From Octopus sinensis (taxonomy: Eukaryota): 64,000 nucleotides of DNA. The notes under the pieces were generated by a model, which was given only the letters and a program-made list of their open reading frames with translations, did no database searches and was not told where the DNA came from. The stretch covers positions 10,416,001 through 10,480,000 of the forward strand of contig NC_043008.1 of NCBI RefSeq assembly GCF_006345805.1, in the 5' to 3' direction. Positions 27,658 through 42,480 of this stretch are shown here, one piece after another. Position numbers and translations under genes: made by a program. Position 1 is the first letter of the stretch, and every line of letters begins with the position of its first letter.

Positions 27658-30289
27658 TTGACAAGTTAAAAGTCACAACTTTTTTTTAGTATATGGTATC
27701 TTTGTTACATCAGAAACCAAGAAAGAAGGAAATCTATGTGGTTGAATATTATTTTCTGTAATGAATGTTTGAAGTTTTAAGTCGACATAAACTGATATCT
27801 TTATCAGCCGAGACTATATCATTATCATCATTATCATCAACACCATGATGATGATGATTACTCATCAATATGATGATATTTGTTTATCACCCTCCTCTGC
27901 AGCATTATTATCATCGCCAGTTTTTGACTTAACACAGGTGATTTTGAGAGAACTTATAAGTAATGAAAATTTTAAAACTAAATTTCAATATCCAAACCAC
28001 TTTTATTGAAGACACACATTGGAAATTAGAAAATTGATAGTGTATTTTATCAGACATTCAGTTTATGTAGTTTTGATCAGGTGTGATTGTTTTGACACAC
28101 ACTACGTGATATTTAATCTGAAAATCATTGTATGAGTTGAAAACACCTGCAAGGTTTTGTCAACTTTACATTAGCAGACAACTGGGAGAATCATCCATAA
28201 ACTATTCTATTTATCTCAACTATTTAGCTTTTAATGCCACAAATGCATTTGTATCATAAATAAACTCACAAAGAAAAATTAATCCATTATTATTTATGTT
28301 GTCATGATTAAAAGATAAAAAAAATATTTTTTAAAGATGAGAAGATACCAGGCACCTGTATAAAGTTGTATGTCAAATTTATATAAAAAGCAAAACAAAA
28401 CAAAACAAGATACAAGAAAAAATATGCAAATACACTTGTTATATTTTCTACCTTAAAACTAATTGTGGATTCCATGAAGCAAGCATATTTTGTTGCAAAA
28501 GAAGTATATTTAGAACCATTTAGCTCATACCATTACACACACACACAAAATATTGAACCAACTGTTATGTTTTGCAATAGCTAAGATCAAACTTCAAATG
28601 AATACCTCAAGTTTCAAATTATTGTCACGACCATCATTTTAGCTTTTGTGAAGCAGCATGAAAAACGATATGCTTACTTGTGTTTCAGGAACAATTTGCT
28701 CTAATTGATTTCTTTAGATAATAGGCATACATTGCTATATAGAGCAGTGTATTGATTAGTATTATCCTGTTGATATTTTTTCTTTTTGTTTTTTAATTTC
28801 ACTGTTTTCATAATAGAACTGGTTAGATAGATCTTCAAATCTTGGATGACTTTTGAAACGGAACTGTTGGAGTTTGTCTTTTAACAAGAGGCTCTCCTGC
28901 TCATTACAATCAATCAACCATGAAGAAGCAAAAAAGTGAAACATTTTGGAGTGCCTACAAGAAAAAGAGATACTAAATATTTCAAAAAATTCTTCAACAG
29001 CACACCGACTTATATTGTGCTTTATCTCTTCATTGAAATGAATATTGAGTCACACCAATATGTGTTCCTTTGATATGTAGTGGATTTATTACCAATTCAC
29101 CTATGGGAATATATTTAAATTAATCTTTGATTTGTTAACTGAAGTTTAGAGAAAAATGGTCACATGATGCTTTGTAGAGAAATTCAGCTGGAATAAGTGG
29201 TATACTTCTTGTTAACATTCTTAATTGTAACCATTCCTTTTCTATACTAATTTAAAATCTAATATCTCTGCTTTCTCAACTCAAATTGATAACAAACAGA
29301 TCAAACAGAAGTTATTGCTTTTATATTGACATACATTTTACCAGTCATATGTAACATTTTTAATGGATTTACCATTTGCAGATCTTTAGTTGGTACAATA
29401 ACACTATTGCTAAAGATTGTAAACATGTGACTGCAACAGTATTCACAGAAATTTACTATTTGGATGTTATATCTACTTTAAATATCTGCTGGCTGCTAAT
29501 TACCTGCAGATGCACTTCACACACAAACAGATGCTCAAGTTGACTTGTTCAGTTCTTAAATCATGTGAGTAGAGAAGTGAGAAGTTTTCACAATATCGGT
29601 TTTCATGTATCAATGTATCTTTTCACTTTCCACTCAATACTGTAGATCAAATGATGAGATAAAATTCTAGAGTTTTATCTAAAAATTAATTTCTCTTTTG
29701 TAAAAAGTTACAGCAACTTGGTATAAAATTGTAATAGTTTTCTTTTTGTTTTTGTTAAATCCCTGGTCATTTTTTATCAAGCAAACTTATGATCAGAGGC
29801 ATTCTGGTAGTGAAATCTCATCTTTTTAGGGCTATGTAAGATTATATTCTCCAGTGCGATCTTTCATTGTGATTTGAGAAGGAAGTAGTTGCTATTTCTT
29901 GTAGGTTAAACGACATCGTGGTATAGCTCTATTGTGGCTTAAGAAAAAATGTTTAGTAAATTTACTCATTTTCCTATTTTCTTAAAAATGTTTAAGTTAT
30001 TAACATTTTTAGTATAATTCAAGAATCATTTTTGAAAATAGTACAAATAAGAATTTGGTTAATCTTGTTCTGTTTATTTACATTGTTGAAGCACTAAAAA
30101 CTGAAAAAAACCCCATATTTCTGTCAGATTCTATATCTATACATATATATATCACATGCCCATTATCATTTAACATCCATGTTTTATGCTGGCATGGGTA
30201 TACATACATGTGTACATACATACTTACATAAGTTTAGAAATTGGCTCTTTCTCTATTGGTAAGAAATCTTGAAATAAACTGAACAATGA

Positions 30290-30559
30290 CATACATGTAT
30301 ACATGCATACATACATACATACATACATACATACATACATACATACATACATACATACATACATACATGCATACGTACATACATACATACATGCATGCAT
30401 ACATACATACGTACGTACATACATGCATGCATACATACATACATACATACATACATACATACATACATACATACATACATACGTACATACATACATACAT
30501 GCATGCATACATACATACGTACGTACATACATACATACATACATACATACATACATACA

Positions 30560-30590
<31 letters not shown>
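30290..30590. repeat. (CATA)n tetranucleotide array with CATG/CGTA variant units
   Basis: Direct reading; source of the MYVC/HTYI ORFs. Confidence 0.95.
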
Positions 30591-30595
<5 letters not shown>

Positions 30596-31873
30596 GAGTG
30601 TTTGAAGTGGTATACAGATATTGTATATTTAGAAAAAGGGGACAGTCAGAATTTTGGATAATTCATTATTTTTGCACTTTCGTTTAAACAAACTCTTCAA
30701 GACAGGAATTAAAATCAAAATGATTATAATTCTTATCTTGAAGAGTTCATTTAAACAAACAAAAGCGTTAATAATAAAAGAATTATCCAAAATTCTGATT
30801 GCCACTTTTTTCTCAATGTACATGTATGTATATATATATATATATATACATACACACATATATGTATACACACACACACACATGTCTGTGTGTGTGTGCG
30901 TACAGACATAGACATACATATATGTATATATATGAAATAATCTACTAGAGTACAAGTGGATAATAATGTCACTTGGATATTTTTATTGGTGTCTTATAGA
31001 CAGGTTTATGTCACATTTAATGTAATAGTTCACTTTTTAGTTCTTCATTTCATGACTGTTTCTAGTTCCTTGAAGATTTAAATTTAGTATATGGTCATAA
31101 ATCATTTTGATTTCATATAACCATCTAACCATAATAATATTCAGTTAATCTTGACCAGGGAAAGAAAGACCATTTCTTGATGTTAATTAGCAAGATAAAT
31201 TGTTCAATTTATGATACAGGTCAAGCTTTTATTATTTTTACAAATATTTTCAGAGACTTTTTTTTTTATCAGACAGGATTTTCCAACTCTTATATTGTGG
31301 AGTACCAAACTGTCTCACGGTATTTAGTTTTATGCCTTTCTGAGTTCAAATTCCATTGTGGTTAATAGAACAATCATTAGTCTTCTATTGAGATTAACTT
31401 AATTATCTTCCTGTACATATTTTTGGCTTTATGCCAGCATAAAATATCATGAGTGTAGCATAAATTTATAATCTTTAACAATATAATATAAATTTTACCT
31501 TTAGATATGCAACATTTATTAATATTTATATCTCCACTGTTTTAATTGGTTGATTTCTAATTATCCTCCAGTGTCTTAATGATGAATGCATATATAACAT
31601 CAGACTAGAATTGAACTAGGAACCATGATATCTAAACTAGATGTAATAACATTCTTATGCACCTGGGCACTGATGCATGTAGATGCATTTTCCAAGTGAG
31701 TGCATTAACATTCACTTTTCTACCATTGACTTGTGCACGGAATTGGATTGGAAAAACATTTCATGGATTCTTTTGTTGTCTGTGCATCACTGGTCTAGCG
31801 AATAAGAACATTGTCACTTTTTGTTTAGAAATAAAGATTCATTGTTCAAATGCAATCTAGCACTATTTATGTA

Positions 31874-32215
31874 CCTGAGACCCCCTTTGGTCACGACACT
31901 GACCATGGGATTGCTCCTAGAAAGTTACCCTCCCAGGTACAAGTCCGGGCAAGGTTGTTTATGGAAGACCAGCAATCACCCATGCATACCAGCCTCCCCT
32001 CTCCACATCACCGATGTTATCCAAGGGAAAGGCAAGGGCTGATACAGCTTGGTACCTGTGACGTCGCAAGTCATTTCTACAGCTGAGTGAACTGGAGCAA
32101 CGGGAAATAAAGTGTCTTGCTCAAGAACACAACACGCAGCCCGGTCCAGGATTTGAGCTCACAACCACACGACCGTAAGCTCGACGCTCTAACCACTGAG
32201 CCATGCGCCTTCACA
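31874..32215 (-). mobile_element. tRNA(Arg)-derived CORE-type SINE (octopus OR-like)
   Basis: Head gaggcgcaTGGCTCAGTGGttagagcgtcgagcttACGgtcg, then CORE-like gtgttcttgagcaagacacttt...ccagttcactcagctgtagaaatg. Older copy at 36890-37220 (+). Confidence 0.8.
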
Positions 32216-34643
32216 CATTTATGTACCTAAGTATATTATATCTGATAGGAATCGGATAAATATTTTTAAATGTTTCATTTCTTAATATAATATGAAAACA
32301 CAAAATCTTATTAACAGCAAGTCCTCTTGGACATTCGACAGTTAACCATTATTAATATTATGGTTATTCTTTTCTAGTTTACTTAACTCTGAATCATCTT
32401 ATGTAATCTTAACAGCATGGGTTAGTTTTAATTATTTCAAATTTTTTTGACCTTATGTATCATGGTTTATAATAGGTCATGTTTTTCACATTGCCTTCTT
32501 GATTGCTGCTCCCATACAGAAGCTTTGTTTCCTAAATATAGTGTATAACTCTTTTACTTGTTTCAGTCATTTGACTGCGGCCATGCTGGAGCAAATTGTC
32601 CCCAGGACTTATTCTTTGTAAGTTTCTTTGTTGCTCAGGACAGCTTCTACAGTCATTAGATGTTTATCTCTCATGACACCTTCATCAGCCTCACCTTTGT
32701 TGCTCACTAACACATAATGGTATAAAGATGAAATTCTCACTCCTAACTACAATCCCATATTGCCTACCAAGAGTAACAGAAGATTTTTTTTTCCTTCCAT
32801 ATTTCTTTCTGACTTTTCCTTCTGAGCATGCTGATCTTTCATGCTCTAGTGTATTATTGTGTATTTGTTGACATCTTCCATCACTCTTGTTGCATGGTCA
32901 GAGCAGCTTCCTTGCCTTCTTTTTAGATGATTCCTCTGGTTTCTCTCAGCATCTATTCCTCTATCTTTAGTCACTCAATGCTTCTTCTTGTACTTGTAAA
33001 AGCCTTGTAGTTGCAGCTGTTTTGCTATATCTATTGTTATTATTGTTGCTATTTCTGTGACTGCCTTCAGAAAAAATTGAGCTGATGTCTACTGTGGATG
33101 CAGTTGTAGTGGTGGTGGTGGCATTGGTTGGAACTGTAGCAGATGGCTATGTTGCTTTTGCTTGGCTTCCATATTTTCATGTTTATTGTCTTGCTGGTGG
33201 TGTTGGTGTTGCTGGACATAGCAATTGGTAACTTGTTGTTAAACTGGTGGTAGCAGTGTTATTTTTGTTGTGGTGCTGCCATGCTGTTGATGTTGCTGCT
33301 GGTTTTTCTGTTGTTTTCACTGCTACTTACTGGCTGTTATTTTTTTCTGATAATTGCTTAAACATCATAATCATCATCATTGTTTAACGTCCACCTTCCA
33401 CGCTGGCATGGGTTGGATGCTTTGACAGGAGCTGGCCAGGCAGGAGCCTGCATTGGACTTCTGTGTCTGTTTTGGCAGTGTTTTTATGGCTGGATACCTT
33501 TCCTAACACCAACCACAGAGAATCATTTCACCAATCCTTCAGAGGGACAACAAAATTTCAGAAAATTATTATATACAAATATCATCAACAAAAAGTTCCA
33601 AATATATATATATAGTATCTCTTTAATCCTATCTTTTTTAGATGGGTATTTAGATTGTAGTTAAGAACAGACTGTCTTTTCTCTTGCTTTGATTGAATAC
33701 AAGATTCATTAGAATAAACTAAATATGCTTGGAAACAGAATTCTGAATTTATGTTACAAACAAATCTTTGATGTGTATTTATAACCTAATAAAGAATTAA
33801 GTATTCCATAATACATATTTAAAAAAAAACATTGTGATCTAAGTTTGATGAGTATGCATAACCCAATAAGGATAATGTATTTATAGTTGAAAGCAAATTA
33901 TAATCAGTATTTGATGTGTATTTATAAATCCAATATTATTCTCTAATACATTAAGAAACATAAACTTGATTTTCTGTATCTAACTCCTTCAATATGTAAG
34001 AAGATAAAAATGGCAAGGGAGAATTTTAAACTTTACCTGAGGTTTCATTTCATTTCTATTTATAAGAAATTGTTTCAGTACCTAATCAAAATTAGGATTT
34101 TTTTGTCATCCAAACTGATTAATTTCAAAGACATTCTTCAAAAATAATTATTTAATAGTCTTCACATTTAATCATTGATATAATAGATATTACATTTGAA
34201 ATATTAGAATATAAAAAAAACTCCCCATTTAATCCATTTTATAAAATAATTGCTTCTCTTTTACTCATTAATAATTATTTTAATCTGAATAGACTATTCT
34301 GCAGTTAATCAGCTTTTTGATGAATTGTCTGTATGAGTTTCAGCTAAGTACTTCCTTGTGTGTTGCTTCTCTAAGAAGTATTCATTGATCAAAAACTATT
34401 GTTCATAATAAGGTGTTCTGCTAAGATAACCAACCCATCTGCATATAGAGAATAACAGTCTTTCAATAGAAACCACCACCACTAAAGAAAACAAAAGCCT
34501 AACTACCATCTCAATCCTGTTGTCATTGATATTATTGCTACACTAGTCATTCTTTCTCTAGGCTAGTAATCAATCACTTATTGCTTACTATCAGTCAAGT
34601 ATTGATTGATTCAAAGCAATTTTACTTCGCATAGTATGAAGTC

Positions 34644-34691
34644 ATGTCAACAAAGCAGATCATAAAAAGGAAAAAAGGAAACCAAAACATG
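34644..34691 (+). CDS. Candidate first coding exon (MSTKQIIKRKKGNQNM), unknown host gene
   Basis: Non-repetitive context, ATG-initiated 16 codons ending at donor ATG|GTAAGC in phase 0, compatible with the 52037 exon. Inr-like TCAGTC about 50 nt upstream. No homology recognised. Confidence 0.25.
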
Positions 34692-35122
34692 GTAAGCGTA
34701 AATTAGAGATTAAAATTAATTGCGATTTAAATATTCACAATTCAAAATTAACACTACACTTTAAACGCATGTTACATTCATTTTCTGTGTTTCTATTTGT
34801 CTGTCAGTCTCTCTCTTTCTTTCTCTCCCTCTCTCTTTATAAATGTATATGAGAAATATATTAAGTTATGTAACAAAAGCAGATGAACCACCGTAAAATA
34901 AAAATATATGATCATCGTCTAAACTTGAAAATGTCAAATAGAAAATTTTATATAGAACTCACTTTAAAAATATACATTTTTTTGCACTAATTGTTGACTT
35001 CTGAAAAAGAAATTAATTATTTTAAAGGAGCTAAAATATCTTTTTGTTTCACCATGGAGTTTAAAGAATGGAAGCAGTTCAAATCTGTTGCATGTATATA
35101 TATATATAAATAATGTGTGTGT

Positions 35123-35164
<42 letters not shown>

Positions 35165-36889
35165 CAATAGATTTTAAGTGCATGTATATATAAATACCTC
35201 CCACATTCACGCAAGAATTTGTTTTCTTTTCACTGTCATGACTAATTTATCTAAATAATTTTGATTGGTTATTGGGACTATGAAAACAACTCCCTCCCTT
35301 GATTGTCTGAATCTTGAATATATGCAGAGAGATTGTTTATTGTTATTTAGGTCTTATTATTTAGATTTTGTCATTTTCTTTTTAAAATAGACATATAATC
35401 ATATATCATCTGATTGGTTAATTATTTACTTCATAAATGAGATGATAAAAATGCAATTCTTTAAGAAGCTTCTATGAAATATATTTAATATTGATTAAAT
35501 TTTGTTTAGATACTTTAAATTTACTTACAGTGGCACTTTCTTAATATATAAATGATCTTATGAGAAATCTTTATTTTTTGATTCTCTTTCATTTTTGTTA
35601 AAAATCCCTCTTGGTTAAGCATGTTACTCTTAACATGGATTTTTTTTAACAATGAGTCTAAAAATGAAATCTCTATCAGTGCTTAAAAGTAATCTTAGTA
35701 ATTTCTGCATGCCTATATTTCTGAATAACTATCAGAACATCAATTTATATTTAACCAATTGCCAGCTATAAGCAATTTTTTTTATATACTAAATTTCACT
35801 ATTTTATCAATTCCATAAAGGTTAAGAAGTTAGAATATTTTGGGTAGTTGACCTATATGTCAGTCATATGAGCATAACTATTCTCTTGTGACCAAATTGA
35901 TAACTGTTGCTTGAAAAGTAGTTATTCTCATTCTATGATTACTTCATGTTAAAAGAGTAATCATATTGGAGTCTATCTCCGCAGTAAATTATGCAAATAT
36001 ATGGTTTTATGGTGCTATTTGATCATAGTTGCTATGAAAAGATTATTGTCTGAAAAGTAACAATTATCTCTTTTGGACTTAATAGAAAATAGGATAATAA
36101 CTTCATTCCCATTATTCCTAACCCAACATTTTATTGTTTGAATTACTTTATACTGCAGAGATAAAACTCTTTGGTGTGGAAATGTATAACTTGAAAACTA
36201 GATTGTTAAGTGACAGAATTAGATTCAGTTATAAATTAACTGCAGTTGAGAACATTTATTTATGAGTCTGGAAGTGCTCATTAACTTAGTATTTTCACTT
36301 AGTTTTGTTTATTTCATGTTTTGCTTGACACTTAATCTGATCTCTCAAAACTGCCTCTCACATCAGAGAACAGCCAGAATAAACTTGACACTTTGTTCAT
36401 GAAGCAGTTGATTACTCTGGTGTACAATTCAGTCTTCTCTCTCTTTTTTTTTAAATTTAAGAGCACAAGGATCTTTAACAACATATGGTAATTGTTATTT
36501 TTGTTTTTTGCTCACCTGTACCTGTATGTCCCTTTTTTTTCTCCACATTACATTTTCCTATAACAAACTAGTGATAACAGATCATATTGCAGTGTCTTCT
36601 CAGTAGGGGACCTAAAACAAGATTTGGTTAAATTACCCAGAAGATACACTTCATTCCCTGTTGCAACTTTTCTTGTTTTCTTTCTTTACAGTTATTGATA
36701 TCAGTCACATTTAATATCTATTAGTGACCTCAGTGGCCTCATTATTGGATGTTTTATACTCTAGTCTTAAATCTTTACTAATGAAAATGCTAATGATTCT
36801 TTTTAAAATTAATTTCTGCTGTTTTGTTCTGTTTTTTTTTTGCCACTGATGCTCTTTTGCAAACAATATCTAATAATGCAAATTATATG

Positions 36890-37220
36890 CCACGGCTCAG
36901 TGGTTAGAGCACTGGGCTCACAATCATGAGATAGTGAGTTTGATTCCCAGACTGGACTTTGAGTTGCATTCTTGAGCAAGACATTTTGTTTCATGTTGCT
37001 CCAGTTCACTCAGCTGTTGAAATGAGTTGCAACAACCCTGATGTCAAACTGTATCTGCCTTTGCCTTTCCCTTGGATAACATCAGTGGTGTGGAGAGGAG
37101 AGGTTGGTATGTCTGGGTAACTGCTGGTCTTCCATAAACAACCTTGCCCAGACTTGTGCCTTGGAGGGGAACTTTCTAGGTGCGATCACATGGCCATTTT
37201 TGATCAAAGGGAGTTTTTAT
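36890..37220 (+). mobile_element. CORE-type tRNA SINE, older copy
   Basis: Colinear with the reverse complement of 31874-32215. Confidence 0.8.
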
Positions 37221-39060
37221 GACAGGGTACTTGACGAAGTATTTTAATCTAGGGCCTTGACTTTGTATACATGCATGGCAAAGTGGAAAAATCAATGATC
37301 TTGAGGCTATACTGTGCAAATGATAAGAAATGATCTTTAAAACAAAATGCATGAAACATGTTTATTGTATGTGTAGTGTTTATTGAAGGTGGTCATCATT
37401 GCTGTTGTTAGCTTCAGGTTATCTCTTAGAGAAATCTATGTGACCATCCCATCATTTTTCAGATATAGCTTGGGCTACATTATCCAATGTGGCCTTCCTC
37501 TTTCTTAGATGAAAGAATGTGGTTTGAAGGAAATTTGGTTGCTGTTTATTGTAGATGGCGTAACAGCATAGTGGCTCTGTCATTGGTTAGAATCTCAAGC
37601 TGGGTTTGTGACTATGTTATATAACATGCACACACATACATATACAATTGAACTTGAGAAATACAAAATTCAGGGCCATCCAAAGTACTCAATTTTAGAT
37701 TAGTATTAATTTATGGTTTGAATAGATTCTTGCTACTCAGTAATGGTAAAAATATATTTATTGTTCTTCTATATCATTGTTCTGAAACAGTTTTCGTACT
37801 GCACAATTTAGGGAGCAAAGTTTTACTCTTATCACATACACCAAATTTAGTGTGGAGGCACTGGAAGAAAGAGGACATTTTCCAATTAAATTTGCTATGT
37901 TATTTTTATTGTTCTCACTTAAGATCCCTTTATTCTCTCAACTTTTGTCCTTCAAAAAAACCTTTTCTCCATCAGTCAATCATGTAACCACATGAAATAC
38001 ATCTGCACACATCTTGGAGAGATTACTCCACAGTTTAAAGAATAAGGCTGTATATCATTTTAGTGTCATATTTCAGTTTTGATTTGTTTTACTTTTATAT
38101 GTAACTTTAAAACTTATATAACAATGCTTAATTTCTAATTCACTTAGAATTGTTTAACCTTGAAACATTTTGATTTGATATTGATTGCATCTGTATTGTA
38201 AGTGTTGCTGGTATATCTGTGTTTGTGATATACATAAAGATATCTACTTGCATATGATACACTATATAAAAATGTATCTGGGGTCAAATTCGCTTACATT
38301 AATACATACGTTTGCACACATGTACATGCACACATACACGTGTTTATACCACAAAATAAACAAAACAATACATACACACACAGTTATATAAAATACTGTT
38401 TGATGTTTTTGAAAATTTAAACACTGCTTTTTAACTTTAAAATCTATGCAGTTTTATGTTTTAGATACCACTTCTAAACTGTTTGGATAGGATGCTTTCA
38501 TATAGTTCATACATTAACAATATGACTGAGGTAAAATATCTGAAAAATAGTCACTTTTATGGCAATATAAGAAGGAATATCTTTTAGTTATAAGCATAAT
38601 TTCAGTTGCATACATATACTCACACTCATACATGTACACACATTGTCATTTTCCTAACTGTTAGAACCTAGAATTTTGGAAAAGAGCTACCAGTGATGTA
38701 TATAATCATATTCTGTGTGTGTGTGTGTGTGTGTAGGTAATTGATATTATGTGGATACCATATTTTTCAAGCTGGTATCCAAATAGGTTTAATTACACAA
38801 TTATCCCCTCTGTTCTACCCACACAGCACAAGCAGGTGTTCTTTCAGGGTTATGTTCTTAGTCTCATTCTATATATTGTAGTTTAAGTGTGAATATTTTT
38901 GAGAACTTTCCTATTGTGACAATCTATTGAATTAAAATATATTGAAGAACTGCAGAAAAAGTGATCTAGGGCCTAAAACTTAGAATAGCAGATACCAAAA
39001 TACTTATTAAAGAAGTATACCATGTGGGAAATGACATTTGTTGATATATATAAAGAAAAT

Positions 39061-39500
39061 GGAAATTTCAATCCTGGGTTCTCATTCCTAAGGTTTTTTT
39101 TTTCGATGTTATTATTATTATTATTATTCAGGTCACTGCCTGGAATCGAACTTGGAATCTTGGGGTTAGTAGCCTGCAATCTTAACCACTATCCCATATC
39201 CCTGTGGACAATTATGGAGTGAAATTTAGGGCTTATAAATCTAATATTTTCCTATCCTTCCTTAATTGCGAGTTCGATTTCAGGCTGTGACCTGATTTAT
39301 AATAATAATAATAATAATAACAATAATAACATTGAAAATTACCTCAGGAATGAGAACTCAGGTTCGAAATTTTCCCAAGACACCTAATGAAGGCTGGAGG
39401 GTATATCAGCTGAAACGTGTTAACAACAAGTAAGATGAGGACAAATATCTGTCAAATGTAAATAATGTATATAATTCTTCATCTCTTAAATATAGAACTG
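39061..39500. mobile_element. Inverted pair of tRNA-like/(AAT)n/HHR element
   Basis: Minus arm 39061-39260 with tRNA-like head. Plus arm from the B box at ~39270 through (AAT)n to a decayed HHR at 39380-39420. Confidence 0.8.
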
Positions 39501-40156
39501 TAGCTCAGAGAGCTGTAACCTTAGTCTGTTGGCATTAAAGAATCTCTTTCTTTCTTTCTCTCTCTCTCTCTCTCTCTCTCTGCATAAGCCAGAATGTTGC
39601 TGCATGTAAATGAACATGGGCATTGAAGATGTAAGAAACACCTGTAAAAGCTTGAGAAATTATTCAGATATGATGAATAAGAATTGAAATTTTAATATAT
39701 GTGAAGATCAGTGTGGTCAGCTGTAAGGGATTAAAGGTATCAGCCAATATATATATATATATGGAAAAAATAAAAACATAAACAATAACAACAACATAGG
39801 AAGCAGTAGTGGTGGTCAGACCAGAGGATTTGGGTTTTCAAGGCCTATGTATATATATGCACTTCTCCCTCTGAATAGGACTGTTAATCTTTTCCAAGTA
39901 GCTTTCATTATGAGTGGAATTGAGCACAACGCTGTTAGCCAATGTTTCACTGATCAATTCTTTAATGCTGCTGGTTAATTTTTACCACCTGGGGTACCTA
40001 TTTAGAACTAACTCCACTTGTTCATTGAGAGTCATGTGTCTTCACCATGGATACAATATAGTGCAAGTGACAGAAATGAACTGTTGATCTTTTAGCTTGT
40101 TGTCCGGTATGCTATCAGCCCCCCCCCATTCTCTATTATCTACTTAATGTGTGTGC

Positions 40157-40201
<45 letters not shown>

Positions 40202-40495
40202 GAATATCTATTACTAATACTTGTATATGTATAAACTATCTATGCAATATTTGGGGTATTGCTAGTATAAGTGAGTACATTTAAGTATAGTATGATAGTC
40301 CCTCAAAATGAATACTGTTGGAAAAATGGAGATGATACGGATGGATTCATCGCTAAAGGATATACCAATACCAACTAAGGACAATTATGTTATTATGGTT
40401 CTCGTTTTGTTAAATATATAAATAAATAAGTCAACATTCTAATATCCTAAACCTGATAAACCAACTAAATTGTTTCTCCATTTTCTTATTTGCAT

Positions 40496-40540
<45 letters not shown>

Positions 40541-40582
40541 TGTATGTATGTAGGTATGTATGTATGTATGTATGTATGTATG

Positions 40583-40624
<42 letters not shown>

Positions 40625-40626
<2 letters not shown>

Positions 40627-40845
40627 AATGTGACCTCGTGTGTACCGTTGGCAATTTTTTTTCCTCCGTCTTCCCTTCTTTGGATCTTTCCTTTTCCTAT
40701 GTTTCTGACAAAGAGCTCCGCTCGAAACGTTAAACCCTCCTTCTTTCCTTCTTTCCTGAGCGTCCAATAATACTATACTTGTTCCACATCCTCGCATTGT
40801 TGTGTTTTCTCTTTGGGTTTTTTGTGTTTTCATGTTTGGATTAAC
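40625..40845 (+). mobile_element. PLE pLTR-like fragment with minimal HHR
   Basis: GTTT-CTGACAA-A-GAGC-TCC-GCTC-GAAAC-GT-T-AAAC at 40701-40735. Sits in TA microsatellite. Confidence 0.72.
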
Positions 40846-40866
40846 TATATATATATATATATATAT

Positions 40867-40980
40867 AACGGGAAGCTTTATGAAAATAAACAAAAGACGA
40901 AGGCAGGTGGAAAACAAACGAACAATTGTATTAGTATGGCGCTCAGGAAATATAATAAAACAAGTCTTTAACGTTTCGAG

Positions 40981-40983
<3 letters not shown>
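40867..40983 (-). mobile_element. Related pLTR-like fragment with 3' half of HHR
   Basis: Minus strand aggctcGAAACGTTaaag...ttcctgagcgcca.actaatac parallels 40720-40775. Older copy at 61598-61775 (-). Confidence 0.62.
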
Positions 40984-41034
<51 letters not shown>

Positions 41035-41307
41035 ATATAACATGATGCTTCAATTGTACATACAGACACACACAAGTTCATGGTTCTTTACTTTATCCAA
41101 AGTGCTTAGAATAGGAAGTGTTTCGAATTATGGAATGATTGTATAATTGCATTTATAAAATGGGATAGCTTGGAATGGAACTGAAACCTGAAAATGTCAA
41201 TCATTTACATTTTGCAATACCGTTTATACATATACTGTGAAGATATTTTATATATTATTTAGTGAGTTTAAAACCATTTTGATAATTTTGTTTGTGTATA
41301 TATACAC

Positions 41308-41712
41308 AGGCGCAGGAGTGGCTGTGTGGTAAGTAGTTTGCTAACCAACCACATGGTTCCGTGTTCATTCCCACTGCATGGCATCTTGGGCAAGTGTCTT
41401 CTGCTATAGGCCCGGGCCAACCAATGCCTTGTGAGTGTATTTGATAGACGGAAACTGAAAGAAGCCCGTTGTATATATGTATATATATGTATGTGCGTGT
41501 ATGTTCGTGTGTCTGTGTTTGTCCCCCCAACATTGCTTGATAACCGATGCTGGTGTGTTTATGTCCCCGTCACTTAGTGGTTCGGCAAAAGAGACCGATA
41601 GAATAAGTACTGGGCTTACAAAGAATAAGTCCCGGGGTCGATTTGCTCGACTAAAGGCGGTGCTCCAGCATGGCTGCAGTCAAATGACTGAAATAAGTAA
41701 ATGAATAAAAGA
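41308..41712 (+). mobile_element. Bipartite tRNA-derived SINE with internal TA/TG microsatellite
   Basis: A box TGGCTGTGTGG, B-box-like GGTTCAGTCCC in the sister copy, and an A-rich tail that is (TAAAAGAG)n in the sister copy at 42065-42480. Confidence 0.85.
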
Positions 41713-42064
41713 ATATATATGTATATATATAATGAGGATAATCATGTTATAGTCACATAAATTTTTATGTGGAGCTAAAATTAAATGCAGTGATATCTGT
41801 CCTATTCACAAGGGTCTCCCTTTAATTTCACACATTTCTTATAATTTTTTGTTCTGAGATGCAAACTCACAACTAGAGTCATTCAGTTAATCAATCCATC
41901 CTATCATTATACAATCAAGATTTTGATTTTTTGCTTTATGCAATGGTTTTATATAGTTTATCAACTTCAGATTATCACTTTCAGCAATATTTTTTTTCTA
42001 TTTTTTAGTTTTAATCTTTTTTATGTTACATATGTGAAGTTTTTCCAACATTTTTACTTCTTAT

Positions 42065-42480
42065 GCGCAGGAGTGGCTGTGTGGTAAGTAGCTTGCTAAC
42101 CAACCACATGGTTCTGGGTTCAGTCCCACTGTGTGGCATCTTGGGCAAGTGTCTTCTGCTATAGCCCTGGGCTGACCAATGCCTTGTGAGTGGATTTGGT
42201 AGATGGAAACTGAAAGAAGCCTGTCGTATATATGTATATATATATATATATGTGTGTGTGTGTTTGTGTGTCTGTGTTTGTCCCCCTAGCATTGCTTGAC
42301 AACCGATGCTGGTGTGTTTACGTCCCCGTCACTTAGCGGTTCGGCAAAAGAGACCGATAGAATAAGTACTGGGCTTACAAAGAATAAAGTCCCGGGGTCA
42401 ATTTGCTCGACTAAAGCGGTGCTCCAGCATGGACACAGTCAAATGACTGAAACAATTAAAAGAGTAAAAGAGTAAAGAGT
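42065..42480 (+). mobile_element. Same SINE family as 41308-41712
   Basis: High colinear identity; partial copies at 32550-32625 and 61165-61400 (-). Confidence 0.85.

Noticed and set aside
28762-28957. Minus-strand 60-aa ORF behind a good acceptor (tctttttcttgtag)
   Set aside because: No recognisable homology or partner exon; cannot be told from chance.
30224-30972. Long ORFs of MYVC/HTYI/IY/CV repeats here and at 13.3, 24.7, 40.5, 45.2 and 48.7 kb
   Set aside because: Translations of microsatellites.
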